Of a DNA stretch of 64,000 nucleotides, positions 28,851 through 42,554 are shown piece after piece; the first letter of the stretch is position 1; every line of letters starts with the position of its first letter. The DNA is taken from assembly GCA_951406725.2 (NCBI GenBank), contig OX597814.1:220720001-220784000 (forward strand), read 5' to 3'. A program made the translations under genes and the position numbers. This DNA is from Octopus vulgaris (Eukaryota). The notes beneath the pieces are model-generated. The model searched no databases, was not told the origin of the DNA, and was given only the letters and a program-made list of their open reading frames with translations.

Positions 28851-29631
28851 AAATGTTTTTTATAAAATTATTTTAGCATTTTCTACCTTGACATTTTTTC
28901 CATATATAGCAACTCGTGTGTTCCTTTTGAACCTTCTACACACACACACACACACACACATATAATAATATCTGTACATTATACATCAATATATATATGT
29001 GTGTTAATTTTTGTGTTTGTTCCCTGTGACTGATTGACGACGGGTACTGGTTTGTTTACGTCCCCATAACTTAGCGGCAGAGAACCAATAGACTAAGTAC
29101 CAAGTTTAAGAAAAAAAATAAGACTGGCGGTGATTTGTTCGACAAAACCCCCCAAGACGGTGTCCCAACATGGCCAAAGTCCCATGACTGGAAAATATAA
29201 AAGATATAAGATATACCTTAAGTACATAGCAAGTGTATGTATATTGATGGATTTAAGTTTATGCATTTGAGTATCTGCCTTCATGTGTGCGCATGCACAT
29301 GTGTGTGTGTGTTTTATATACACTTATGTAGTTTGTATTCTGTCATTTGAATTTTGTTTCACCATCTCACTAAGATATTTATATATTGTTGTCCTTGTGG
29401 CCGATATACTGATCGTTATATTGGCAGGATCAGAAGCGTGAAGGCTAAATGCTTTTAGGTATTTTTCTCCTTTTACGCTCTGAGTTCGAATCCTACCGAT
29501 GTGTACTTTGGATTCCACATTTCATCAAATAAAGTACTGAAATTCATTACACATCTATCGTGCATCTGCATCTTAGATGAGAATAGATTTGGTGGCAGAT
29601 AAGTCCTTTTCTAAAATATGTAGCCTAGCAC

Positions 29632-29830
29632 CTCTATTGGTTTCAAATTTTGGCATAAGGCCAGCAATTTCGGAGGAGGGGTGAGTCGATGACATCGAGC
29701 CCAATGCTCAACTGGTCCTTATTTCATCGACCCTGAAAGGGGATGAAAGGCAAAGTCTACCCCGACGGAATTTAAACTCAGAGCGTAAAGGCGAACGAAA
29801 TGCCGCTAAGCATTTTCCTCGGCGTGATTG
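29632..29830 (-). mobile_element. SINE family C
   Basis: GATGAAAGGCAAAGTC..ATTTAAACTCAGAGCGTAAAG..GAAATGCCGCTAAGCATTT. Confidence 0.75.
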
Positions 29831-30149
29831 TCGCTTTATTCTCTTTACTCTTACTCTTTTACTTGTTTCAGTCATTTGACTGTGGCCATGCTGGAGCACC
29901 GATATTAGAAATAATTATTATAAAAAGGAAAGTAGTTTGTTGGAATAGACGTCAAAGTGGTATGGGTTTATTTTACATCCTTCAAGTTTTTGAAGTCGTA
30001 GCTAACTCTAAATTTCATCTTTCTGACGTGAATGGAAGTTAAGTTTGACAAGGATCAATTTCATCGATTATATCCCTCCAAGCAAAATTCATAGCATTGA
30101 ACAAATGACGACCGGATTAGCGAATTAGTTAAGCGGAAGTTGACAGGAA

Positions 30150-31550
30150 TGGTAGTCAACAAATCAATGGTGGGTCTCATTGAAGACATCCATTAGGGGA
30201 AAATCGATAAGGTTTATTAAAGAAGTAGCAATAGAAAACAAAAGACTAAAGGAAGTCAACAGATTAGTGGAGGCCATTATTGTGGTTATCACGTCTGATG
30301 TGGTGCTAGCGGCGAAAAAGGCACTCGACTAGAATTTTTAGCGCCAAATATGAATGATGTCAGAACTATGGTGTCTACTTTTAGACGAAATGGTGTAAAA
30401 ACTGTTCAATGGGTCTGCATGTTGTGATTGACAGAGTACGACGGGCGCGTGCTACTTGATTTCAAGCAGTTGTATATGGCTTTCCTATTGTACTTTGTCC
30501 AACTATTTGGGGGTTAGTAGTGAGGTGGAGATGGTGGGTTTAAGTTTTCCTCGACCTTCAGCCGCGATTATTGGCAAAATGGATAGATTACAAAGAAAAG
30601 ACAAAAATAAAGCAACAAACAACAGGAATTGCGATATGGTTGAGAGAGACTTATTGTACAAGGGGCAAAATCACATAGTTTCGATAGACGGCCCTCAGAG
30701 TTTTATTGGCGTGAACCATATTTGTCAGCCAGTCTGTTGTCAGATGTTTAATCCAAATAATAAAAATAAGAGGGGAAATTTTCTCAGTTGTATTTGATGG
30801 GAATTAGTGACACTGCATAGGACGCATACAATACGGACATCGTCGACAATTTCTAACCTATTACTTTGGTGGATATGGAGTTTATTATTTTGTCCAAGGT
30901 GTTCGCGAAAAGGTTGGTTGTTTTGGTAGTAGTGCAGTCGGGAGTACGAATCCCAGCAAATCTGTCTTCAAAAATATTCATCTCATGTGGCGCCATATAG
31001 AAGGTAGGTAATGAATCTGTTTTCAATAAAGGTCTAGTCCATTTGAATCGATCCAAAACCTTCAATAGGCTAATCATCACTACCGGGCAACAGTCTTCTG
31101 GTTCGAGTAAATTTCTTCGTATCTGGACCACTTTCAATCATATGAGCAGTCCGAAAAGGATGTATCATTTCATCTCTCCTGTACAATTTTGGCTGAGAAA
31201 GTTTTAGGCATCGAGAATTAATCCCACTCGAATAGGGACGCGAGAATGCTTTTCCAGCATAATGGAATGACATTACTTTGACGTTTCGGATAGCTTAAAA
31301 ATGAAAGCGACCAGAATAGTACTGAAAGTATATGAAGTGGTAACGAGAACTCGAATCAATCAAGACAATCTTGGAACCTGGTGAGATAAGTATACGCCGA
31401 CCAGTGAGATGGGTCGCATCCATGCATGGAAATATCATTATTTCCTCTTGATATTGGTTGTGATTTACACTTTCTCATACTTACAAGATGTCTTCAGTCT
31501 TCCCGTTAAAATCACATGACACGAACGAGAGATCACAACTGCTCAACCAA
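30150..31550 (-). mobile_element. Highly degraded CR1/L2-group LINE with an embedded plus-strand L1/Tx1-like RT scrap (~30835-30920)
   Basis: Minus strand shows IPLCWK and D(I)S KVLDRFKW-like RT remnants. Plus strand shows NF*PITLVDMEFIILSKVFAKRL. Confidence 0.4.
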
Positions 31551-31697
31551 ATAAGTATGTTCCGTATACTATTACGCCATAGCTTAGGTCTGTTGTAAGA
31601 TGTTTTCATTTCAAAATGGCTCACTAACAAAACAAGTGATTTAGAACGTACGGAAAATTTTAGTTTAAGTCAATTAGTTTCAGCTCACTGAATTACA

Positions 31698-31926
31698 GTA
31701 TGTATGTATGTATGTATGTATGTATGTATGTATGTATGTATGTATGTATGTATGTATGTATGTATGTATGTATGTATGTATGTATGTATGTATGTATGTA
31801 TGTATGTATGTATGTATGTATGTATGTATGTATGTATGTATGTATGTATGTATGTATGTATGTATGTATGTATGTATGTATGTATGTATGTATGTATGTA
31901 TGTATGTATGTATGTATGTATGTATG
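31698..31926. repeat. Long pure (TATG)n microsatellite
   Basis: About 230 bp of uninterrupted tetranucleotide repeat. Confidence 0.98.
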
Positions 31927-32006
31927 AATATTGATGCATATTTATACATATGGATATATATATATATATATAAACATATATATACCAATACCCACTTTTA
32001 TAAATG

Positions 32007-32057
<51 letters not shown>

Positions 32058-32693
32058 TATAATATATACATGCATACGTATACAATAAATGTATACATAC
32101 ATATACCTGCATGCATACATACATACATACTTACATACATACATACACACATACATGCATACATACATACAGATAGACAGACAGATAGACATATGCACAC
32201 ACAAACATGTATATACGTTCATGTGTATATAGAAGTGTATATATATATATGTGTGTGTGTGTATAATATATACAAGCATATGTATACAATGAATGTATAC
32301 ATATATAAACACGCATACATGCATACATTCATACATGCATATATACATACATACATACATACATACAGATAGACAAACAGATAGATATATACACACACAA
32401 TCACGTATATACGTTCATGTGTATCTAGGAGTATTACAGTTTAAATAGAGCATTGTTAGTTAAAATTGTTTTAGAAAACTAGTACAATGCATGTGGGAAA
32501 TAAAGCAGCGAAACCTGAAGGAATGTTAAAACAAAAGCAACCGTTTACACGTTTATGTAAACCGTTTTAGTGTTTTAGATTTCTTCGGTTTTCAAGCCTT
32601 TATTTCCCATTTGCATTGTCTTGCCTTTCCAAAACAACGACAGCATGTGTGCATGCATGTCGATGTGTATGCGTGTGCGTGTGTGTGTGTGTG

Positions 32694-32731
<38 letters not shown>

Positions 32732-32870
32732 TGTATGTGTGTGTCTATGCGTTCGTGTGCGTGTGCGTATACATAATTATATATACGAATATATATATAT
32801 ATATACATACATATATATATATACGTGTATATATATATATATATATATATATAATAATATATATACACAC

Positions 32871-32906
<36 letters not shown>

Positions 32907-32979
32907 ATATATATATATATTATTATAATATATATATATACGTGTGTATATATATATTATATATATATATATATATATA

Positions 32980-33023
<44 letters not shown>

Positions 33024-33046
33024 GTGTGTATATATATATATGTATG

Positions 33047-33089
<43 letters not shown>

Positions 33090-33707
33090 ATATATATATA
33101 TATATACGTGTGTATATATATATATGTGTATATATATATATACATGTATGTATATGGATATATATATGTATATATATGTATATGTCTGGTATATATACAT
33201 ATACATACATGTATGCACATACAACCATACATATACTCAAAATTACGCATAGATATATCCGTCTATCATTTATGCATACATACGCACTAACATATACGTA
33301 TGTGTGTGTGAACATCTGTATATATATATACACACATACATACATAATTTTACATTCATATATGTATAAATACATGTATATATATATGAATTTATATTCA
33401 TATACAAATAAGTGCTTATATATATATATATGCGCGCGCACATTTACGCATATTTCTGGTGCATTGACTGTACTTCGTTCCAAAGCTATGCAATACTGTG
33501 TAGAATATATGTATAGATCTTAGCCATGACTATATATAGTCAGCCGTAAACATTTTATCTTTACATTCGGCTGATTAATGTTTTCCTTTCTATGTAGATA
33601 CAGATATACACTTATCTGCATACATGCATTTATATACATAGATAAACACACTCACACACACATGTATGATGATGTATGCCTATGTGTATATGTTATGTGT
33701 ATGCATG

Positions 33708-33781
<74 letters not shown>

Positions 33782-33785
<4 letters not shown>

Positions 33786-34250
33786 GGTATGTAGAAAAAT
33801 ACAACATGGACAAGAACGTATAACTCTAAGAAGACGATACAATAAACACGGACAGGACATTCGAAACCCTCAGTCTTCAGTCAAGAACCGGATCATCGTA
33901 GTAATTTCGGCTGATTAATCTTGAGATTACTAGATCACGGCCAGCCCTCCAAGAAAAACTAAGCAACGAGCATTAGAAAAACTAAGCTGGGAGCGTAGAT
34001 TTCCTGGAAGAAGGATCGAATGCATACGGACATCAGGACAGCAAAAGGGACGAATATAAAAAAACAAAAAAATAATGGAATACAGAAACATGAAATACAG
34101 AAGCATTAACGGTGAAAACAACAACAAGTGTCTTACGACTGATAACAAGCAAACAAATTTTTTCTCTGGCGCAAGGAAAGGAGCCTTATCGGCGATGCCT
34201 ATAGCGGCGGACGAAAAACAACGATGTTAACACGACGCTGGTCAGAAGTA
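33782..34250 (-). mobile_element. Short element in (TA)n carrying a non-circularly permuted hammerhead
   Basis: Bounded by TA runs, homologous to 34678-34935, and contains the motif at 33870-33932. Confidence 0.6.
33870..33932 (-). ncRNA. Non-circularly permuted (pseudoknotted) hammerhead ribozyme candidate
   Basis: [TAGTAAT C^ TCAAGA] ttaa [TCAG cc GAA ATTACTA] cgatgatccggt [TCTTGA CTGAAGA CTGA]. Stems III, I and II are 7, 6 and 4 perfect bp. Confidence 0.7.
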
Positions 34251-34261
34251 TATATATATAT

Positions 34262-34585
<324 letters not shown>

Positions 34586-34771
34586 TATATATACATACAC
34601 ACACATATGCGTGCATATATACATATATATGACATACATATATATTGTATACACGCATACACACACACACACACACATCTCCCCCGTCTTTTTTCGTCCT
34701 TGTTTTCGTATATATTCGCTGCTTTCTTCCAGGAATCTAACGCTCTTTTCCTCGGGGCTGGCCAGATTGGA

Positions 34772-34823
34772 GCAATCTCGAGTATAAGCAGTCGAAATTG
34801 CAAAGAATTCAACTGATGACAGG
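34772..34823 (+). ncRNA. Second, more degenerate permuted hammerhead candidate
   Basis: [GCAAT C^ TCGAGT] ataa [GCAG tc GAA ATTGC] aaaga [ATTCAA CTGATGA CAGG]. Stem III shows a compensatory change relative to the 33870 copy. Confidence 0.55.
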
Positions 34824-34930
34824 AAACTCCGAATGAGCCGTCCTTTTTTTCTTTGTATCGTCTACCTGGATGATTTTTGTCCCTTTTTTGTATCACCTGT
34901 GTGGATGTTTTGCGTTCTTGTACCATTTTG

Positions 34931-34977
<47 letters not shown>

Positions 34978-35469
34978 TAATACTAAGTAATTAAGGGTTT
35001 AGCAGCGAATTGCCTCACCAACACACCGAATTTAGAAATAGCAGTCAAATAGATTAATTACTTAGTATTACTTAAATTTTCCTCGAATGGGGCTTTTACA
35101 TGCCGAAATCTACTTGGTGTAATTGATAATTATTCCAAATTAATTAATTTCACCCTTTATTATATATATATATATATATATATATGTCTGCATGTATGTA
35201 TGGGAAAGTCACTATGTGGTTTTCCATCACGTTAAAAATGAGAGTTAAATCTCAAATATAGTGCCAAATTAAGAATGGCTTTTTCGTGGTTTGAGATTTA
35301 ACTCCCATTTCTAACGTGACAGAAAACCACTTTGTGGCTTTCCCTAAATCTATAACTCTCACACATACATATAATGTAATAATATTTACAGTCTACAGAC
35401 ATTTTTTCTCACGCTAGCCACTGGTAAAAAATTAATATTTAATTTTTACCTTATATTTAAAATTTATCA

Positions 35470-35716
35470 ATATGTGTGTGTGTGTGTGTGCGTGTGTTTG
35501 TGTGTGCGTTTGTGTATTTGTGTATGCATTTGTTTCCACAGCATCGCTTGACAACAGATGTTGGTTTGTTTACATTCCTGTAAACTAGCGGTTCGGCAAG
35601 ATAGACCGATAGAATACGTACTAGGCTTACAAAGAATAAATCCAGGGGTCGATTTATTTGACTAAAGGCGGTATTCCAGCATGGCCGCAGTCAAATTACT
35701 AAGACAAGTAAAAGAT
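35470..35716 (+). mobile_element. SINE family B, 3' half
   Basis: GACCGATAGAATA..ACTAAAGGCGGT.TTCCAGCATGGCCGCAGTC. Confidence 0.8.
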
Positions 35717-36878
35717 ATATATAAGAGAGTATGTATGTGTGTGTGCGCATGTTCCTTATGCATTCCAAAACCGAGTTGCTGTTTTTGACTCATGGGATAT
35801 CAAAAGATCCAGTAAGCTTTTGTCTACTAACTATTTTCATTCACTTATCTGCATTGCAAAAATTTAAGATTATCATTTTTCTTTTAGTCATCTATCGTAA
35901 ACGACATCTTTTACCACAACGATGATGATGTCACATTTTCTGTGTTCACGCGTTCGTTACATACGTTAGGCTGATGACTGACAAGTATATGTGTCTGTCA
36001 GTATACATACATTTTTTGTGACGACTGACACACACACACACGCACACACACACATCTAAAGACAGAAACATACATACACAGGGACAGAGATAGGCTTCAG
36101 GTGTGCGTTAATGTACGTGTATGTGTGTCTCTTAGTTTATTATGTAACTTCCTCTCCACCAACAGTGAAACGCGCCGATATTGAAAGTTACTTGCGGCCT
36201 GGACTTCAAACAAACAACAACGCTCACTTTCAAGTACTACCAACATGGAGATTCGGCTGATTTAACACCACTCATAATACTCGCAAATATATCTGAAAAA
36301 AATATATCATTCTGGTTATTATAACAAATTCGGTTAAACTTGGTCAAGTAGAAAGCCACAGCGTACTCTTTCAATATAATTACAGAAATGTTATTCCACT
36401 CCTAACCAGTTTCAAGATAATGTTTTTAACAGTCCTTGTATTCTTCATCACTGTGAGTATCAACGTCACACAACCTTTTTACTGCGTTAGTCAGTATTTA
36501 TTCTACAGCCGATAATGTTACACAGTTCAAAAACAACGTCTTCCTTTTTATGCACTTGGTTCAGCGTTCTTTTCAAAATTGCAAAATGAATTTTTTTGCA
36601 TGAAAAATTAAATTATGCCTTCTGAATTTTCTTAGATTTTCACTTTCTTCACCGTGACATTCACTCAATCGTGAATTTTAATGACGTTTAGTACATGTTC
36701 CAAATAAATGCTGACTTTCTGTACTTTCTTACATTACTTTTGCTAAATTGGTGACTTTCCATTTCTCTATAGCATAATTATGCTACATAAACTATGCTTT
36801 GCACCAATATTGACTACATTTCGTTTCGCTTGAACTATGTGTGTGTACGTTTTGCTGTTTTCAATATTATCAATGTGT

Positions 36879-36924
<46 letters not shown>

Positions 36925-36994
36925 GTGTGTGTGTTTCTGCGTTCGTTATGTCCATAGCAAACTATAGTAGAAAACATTTTACGCTGTTTTAATG

Positions 36995-37250
36995 GGCCCA
37001 CATCTAATGAAGTAGCCATCCTTATGGTTGGTGATCCCATTGAAAATCATGTTATTCTCACTCGTGTTTCACAGACTCATCCCTCTTATGATGCTCTCCA
37101 GTATACTCTTATTCTGTGTAATGGACAAGGTGGGTATTATTTCAACATCCCTCGGATTGAACCTGCAACAGGATAGCCAATTACAAACAAAAGGATGTCG
37201 TCAAATGACTTCTATTATTACCAACTAATGTTAAGAGCAGAACAATCAAA
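36995..37250 (+). pseudogene. Helitron Rep/helicase coding fragment
   Basis: Translates TSNEVAILMVGD...RVSQTHPSYDALQYTLILCNGQGGYYFNIP...SSNDFYYYQLMLR, matching the Helitron Rep N-terminal motif (H.SYDALQYPL). A Helitron-type 3' end (hairpin + CTAG) is at 39690-39719. Confidence 0.8.
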
Positions 37251-37252
37251 TC

Positions 37253-37467
37253 CTTTCTACTATAGGCACAAGGCCTGAAATTTTGGGAGAGGGAACCAGT
37301 CGATTACATCGACCCCAGTGTCTCACTGGTACTTAATTTATCGACCCCGAAAAGACGAAAGGCAAAGTTGAGCCCGGTGGCATTTGAAGTCAGAACGTAA
37401 AGGCAGGCGAAATACCGTTCAAGCATTTTGCCCGGCATACTAACGATTTTACCAGCTCACCGCCTTC
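37253..37467 (-). mobile_element. SINE family C with a 15-bp TSD
   Basis: TSD CAGAACAATCAAATC at 37238-37252 and 37468-37482. Confidence 0.88.
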
Positions 37468-39240
37468 CAGAACAATCAAATCAATTACACATGTCAAATA
37501 ACCTTTGTTTTCATTTACATATTTTCTACGTTATCTCAATAACCAGCCATACTTATTTCAAATACACTTCTCCGCAATGACCAGGTTTCATTATAAAACA
37601 AAAATAGTTTCACACTCTCAATTTGAAGCAAAATTACAGTGTTACATTTAGAGAGTGACGATGTGTGAATAATGAAAGTAATGATTCTCCGAATTAGTCA
37701 CATGTATATTATAATAAAGAATGCTACTTACCTATGCTTTTGACTCAACAAATCTTTTTTATAACTAAAATAACCTCGGCAACTAGGTTGGGTCACACAG
37801 TTTTGAGGTCATTTTCGGACAATATTTTGATTTGCTTCTAATGTATCACTTTCGACCGATGTTTCGCACGTGTGTAGAATTCTACTCAGACAAACATTTA
37901 TGAAAATGTACGCATAAATATTGTATTAAAATAAGCCACAAAAAAAAAAATTGCATTAAAAGACATCCATTTCTCTATATGTTATGAGGAAATACATCCT
38001 CACTCTCTCTCGCTTTCTCTCACGCACAAAAAAGATGTATGCATACGTATTCATGGGCGAAGGTCAAGAATATGCACTCTCGGTGTTAGAGGTTACGGTT
38101 ACACCGAAAACGTGTAGTGTGCGTATTCTTTACCTCTGCCCATTTATGTACGTGTATATGAAAGATAATGTGTGTGTCTGAGAAGGAGAGCAAGTGAGTG
38201 CCACTTGCACGTACATGCAAAAAATTTCATACACACACCTTCGTTCACTTTCTCTCTTTCTTTCTCTCTCTCACACACATGTCCATTTCCTATACATGTA
38301 CATCTTACATTTTCTCTTCTATTTTACTTTCTCCTCTCACTTCAAAGCAAATGTCGCCTTTTCACTTTATCCTCTCTTTCAATTTCTACTCTCTTCAAAG
38401 CATACAGAAATTAAAACAATTTTACGGAAATTAACAAACAATCATATGATCCTATACATGTCGAGTTGACAACTTTTCTTCTTCAAATGATAGAATGCCA
38501 TAAAATAACTTCCTTTGAGACACACACATGCATACACGCACTTAAGGTAAAACTTCCGCGCGAATTATGTTAATTCTTTCAGTGTACACCTGCAAATTTA
38601 CTGCTCAAACCCAATTGAAATTATTTTTTTCTATTGTTTAATTTGTGTTTGTGATGGGCGTATTTAAAACCCTGATCTTCGATATAAACTTCAAAGGAAG
38701 TTTTCCCAGAAATCCCGTCCTTTATCCTTTCTCTCTAGCATGTCCAAGGTGACATTTCCGTCCCCCACCCCACTTTTTTTTCCTAAATTTCTTCCGATTC
38801 CCATGTATGCGATATAGGAAATTACGATTTCACCCACAAAACACGTTCTCAATAATTTAATTTTCTCCCTCTTCACACCAAATCCATCTTTTGCGTTTTT
38901 CAAATTTTTGTTCTTGGTAATCCATGGAGAAAAAACAGACTACGAATCTTTAAGCATTTTACCCACCACTTCATCATTTTCAAAAAGCTACAAACTCCCA
39001 GTACTTCACTTTTAGCTTTTGAAAAGCAGAGAAGTTTCTTCAGAAGTAATGTCGTTTACCTGTTGTTTCTAGCATGTCGTGTTTTCTGCTGGTGGTGTGG
39101 TATTTTTTAAGTCTACTATTTCAGTAGAATTCTACGCATGCAGGAAACATCAGACCAAAGTGAAAGATCGGGAGATTTTAGTTTTTTGAAAACTGGTAAT
39201 TGAAGGGGTATTGAGTGTTTCCGTAAGAAAAATTAAACTA

Positions 39241-39295
<55 letters not shown>

Positions 39296-39315
39296 TACAT
39301 ACATACATACATACA

Positions 39316-39377
<62 letters not shown>

Positions 39378-39798
39378 AGATTTTAATCTCTTTATTTTTC
39401 TACATAGATTAAAAAATTGTAAAAAGTTACAAATTAAGAAATTGCGGTGGGGATAGTGGGAAATTAAAATTTGGAAAACGTGATTTCTGGACAAAATCGT
39501 ATTAAACCCCTTTTATACGATGAAACAATACATAGTTTCTGATCCTTCTTAAGAACAGAAAACACATTCATGCAAACCCATGGAAATTGTACACTCGCCT
39601 TTCACTATTTAACAAAAAATAACTTCCATTATTCCACGATTCTGCCCATAACAAAGGAGCAAATAATACAATGTGCTTGTAGGTCATAACACCCGGGTAA
39701 TGTTGGGATTCATTGCTAGTGTATGTATGTATGTATGTATGTATGTATGTATGTATGTATGTATGTATGTATGTATGTATGCATATATTATATATATA

Positions 39799-39963
39799 GG
39801 CGCAGGAGTGGCTGTGTGGTATGTAGCTTGCTAACCAACCACATGGTTGCGGATTCAGTCCCACTGCGTGGCATCTTGGGCAAGTGTCTTCTGCTATAGC
39901 CCCGGGCCGACCAATGCTTTGTGAGTGGATTTAGTAGACGGAAACTGAAAGGAGCCTGTCGTA

Positions 39964-40020
<57 letters not shown>

Positions 40021-40222
40021 TTGTGTGTTTGTTCCCCTAGCATTGCTTGATAACCGATGCTGGTGTGTTTACGTCCCCGTCACTTAGCGGTTCGGCAAAA
40101 GAGACCGATAGAATAAGTACTGGGCTTACAAAGAATAAGTCCCGGGGTCGATTTGCTCGACTAAAGGCGGTGCTCCAGCATGGCCGCAGTCAAATGACTG
40201 AAACAAGTAAAAGAGTAAAAGA

Positions 40223-40224
<2 letters not shown>
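39799..40224 (+). mobile_element. SINE family B, full length
   Basis: Near-identical to 4706-5098. Confidence 0.92.
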
Positions 40225-40269
<45 letters not shown>

Positions 40270-40271
<2 letters not shown>

Positions 40272-42200
40272 TTAAGAAATGTAGTTAAACGCAGGTGTTA
40301 TTCAAACCTTTATACTCCCGACATATGTTTCGAAGAAAACATTGTTATTATTCCGGAGGGAATAAAATGATGTAAAACAATGCAATCATCTCGTCAGAGA
40401 GAAAAGGCGAAACAAAACACATCAATAAATCATTTTAACCGAGTGTGATTACCGCGTATATGACGAAGGGGAACGCTTTGAAGTTATTTTTAAAAAAACC
40501 GTTAATAGATTTAACGTCAAGGGCAATTTAGAGAAAGAGAATGAGGAGAAAGAATGAAATTAACACAAAATTAAGAGTGGAGAAATATAGTCCGATAGAT
40601 GGATGGGAATAAAGCTTAAAATCGTGGAAATAGATATATGTAGGAGAAATGAAAGGTAAAAAGACAATTAAAGTTCGAATTTCATAGATTGGTAGAAATT
40701 ACTTATAGGAACTAAAGGTATGTTTTTGCCAATGTTTGCAACGATAAACGCGTTATTTAAACGTGTTTTCAAGAGAATTCTCCGAGAACAGAATGAGATA
40801 TTATTCTTCGTTAAAGAGCGGACAAAAAGATTTACCTTTGTCATATGGAAAGGATCTAGATAGAATATTCCATTTCAAATCAAATTGCTTATGTTCCTTT
40901 AGAGACTAAATTAATTTACTAAACCCAGTATTGTTGCGTTTATTGATATGGCTAAATGTAGAGTAATGGTTATATATTCTTTTCGGCAACTGAGATTAAG
41001 AACTACCTATGTAAAAAGGACATCAGAACCAGAAGTAATTTTACATTGATATACAGAGTTTTAGTCTAAGAATTACTGCTAAGGAAACAAATACGATTCG
41101 AATTTATATCAGAAATATTAATATTGTTGTTATTATTGTTCAAAGAATGGTTAGTGTTAATAATACCAATGTTATTATTTTCATTAAGTGGATTTGTATT
41201 TAACAACTTATCGTTATGCGAAGTGATTTGTGAAAAGCTTTTGGTGTTTGAAAGTCCTATTATATTTCGGTGTGAATTGATAATGGGATGCTTGCTTGGA
41301 AGTTTTATCTATAGCTTCATGAAACTGGTAAGGGACGTTGGATTTGATCTGCTTACCATATGGAATTACCGACCAAATAGTTTTACTAGGACATACCTTG
41401 TTATTAGGGTTAATTATTTTTAAAAGTCCTAGATTTACTTTTATTACGTATAAAGGGACTTAAATAACGGTTATCTCCCTTACGCAGCAAAACTACATTT
41501 TTCGATTTAGTGTTGTTATTCGAACTAAAATTTATATCGTTATTACCGTTATGACGTGTTTTCATGCCCTGATTAATAGAAGTTGAATTAATGTCAATAG
41601 GATTAATATAGGTAATTTTTTATTTATAGCCTGCTTTAAGTAAGGCAGGGTTATAAAATTCGGCTTTATCGTTGAAGATATGAAGATCGGCAGATAATCT
41701 AGAAAGCCTAAGTGAAATACTCCTAACTAAATTTCTTGTAATAGCCTTTGAATGATTACTGAAAGAGCTAATATATTTTAAATTAGCTGAGGGTTTATGG
41801 GAAATAAGAATACTTATATAAGTTAAGGGTAATATCCAAAATGTTGGCTTTAATTATATCATCATCCAAAACAATGCTTAAGCCCATGTTTCGGGAAAAA
41901 TTAACCAACGTATTTTTAGCCCTTTGTAATTTTAACTTAGAAAAAGTTTGAAGGTAGAGTAGACAATCTTCACAATATAAACCTCCATTGATGTTTAGGA
42001 ATTGGTCAGCCATCTCATAAAGGATATATATACCAACCAAATCAGCCAATTTTGCTGAGGCAGAACTTCCCATCTTGGCATCAAAACTGTCAGACGTATC
42101 TTTACGGACGCACAGCTTGTTTTCGAAGATTTGAATAACACCTGCGTTTAACTCCATTTCTTAATTTATCTATGTCATTCAGAAACATTTCATTTAACCC
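40270..42200 (-). mobile_element. Penelope-like retroelement, Naiad-like, 5'-truncated and degenerate
   Basis: RT remnant FDAKMGSSASAKLADLVGIYIL..GGLYCEDCL..NILDITLNL, an N-rich linker, and EN remnant LYQCKI..FYIGS..KRIYNH..KWNIL..CPLFNEE..RCKH. An HHR is in the 3' region. Confidence 0.8.
40315..40401 (-). ncRNA. Type I hammerhead with an extended stem II
   Basis: CTCT CTGACGA G...CATTGTT...ATTCC CTCC GGAAT..AACAATG...C GAAA CATATG TC^ GGGAG. Intact core and palindromic stem III, but a weak stem I. Confidence 0.65.
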
Positions 42201-42336
42201 TGGAATTTCTACCTTTATAAGTAGGCTGTAACATCCTTGGCACTTATGTGAAATTTTGCTACTCTGGCAACTATTTAAAAATTATTTTCGTGTTATTTGT
42301 ACGTACTGAAAAAATACACATACATTTTTATATATA

Positions 42337-42398
<62 letters not shown>

Positions 42399-42433
42399 AG
42401 GTGTGTATCTACCTATGTATGTAAAAATCTATC

Positions 42434-42522
<89 letters not shown>

Positions 42523-42554
42523 GTGTGTGTGTGTGTGTGTGTGTACAAACGCAC

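Noticed and set aside
40400-41200. Selenocysteine/SECIS in the Naiad-like element
   Set aside because: The copy is too degraded, and the visible Cys codons are TGT/TGC.
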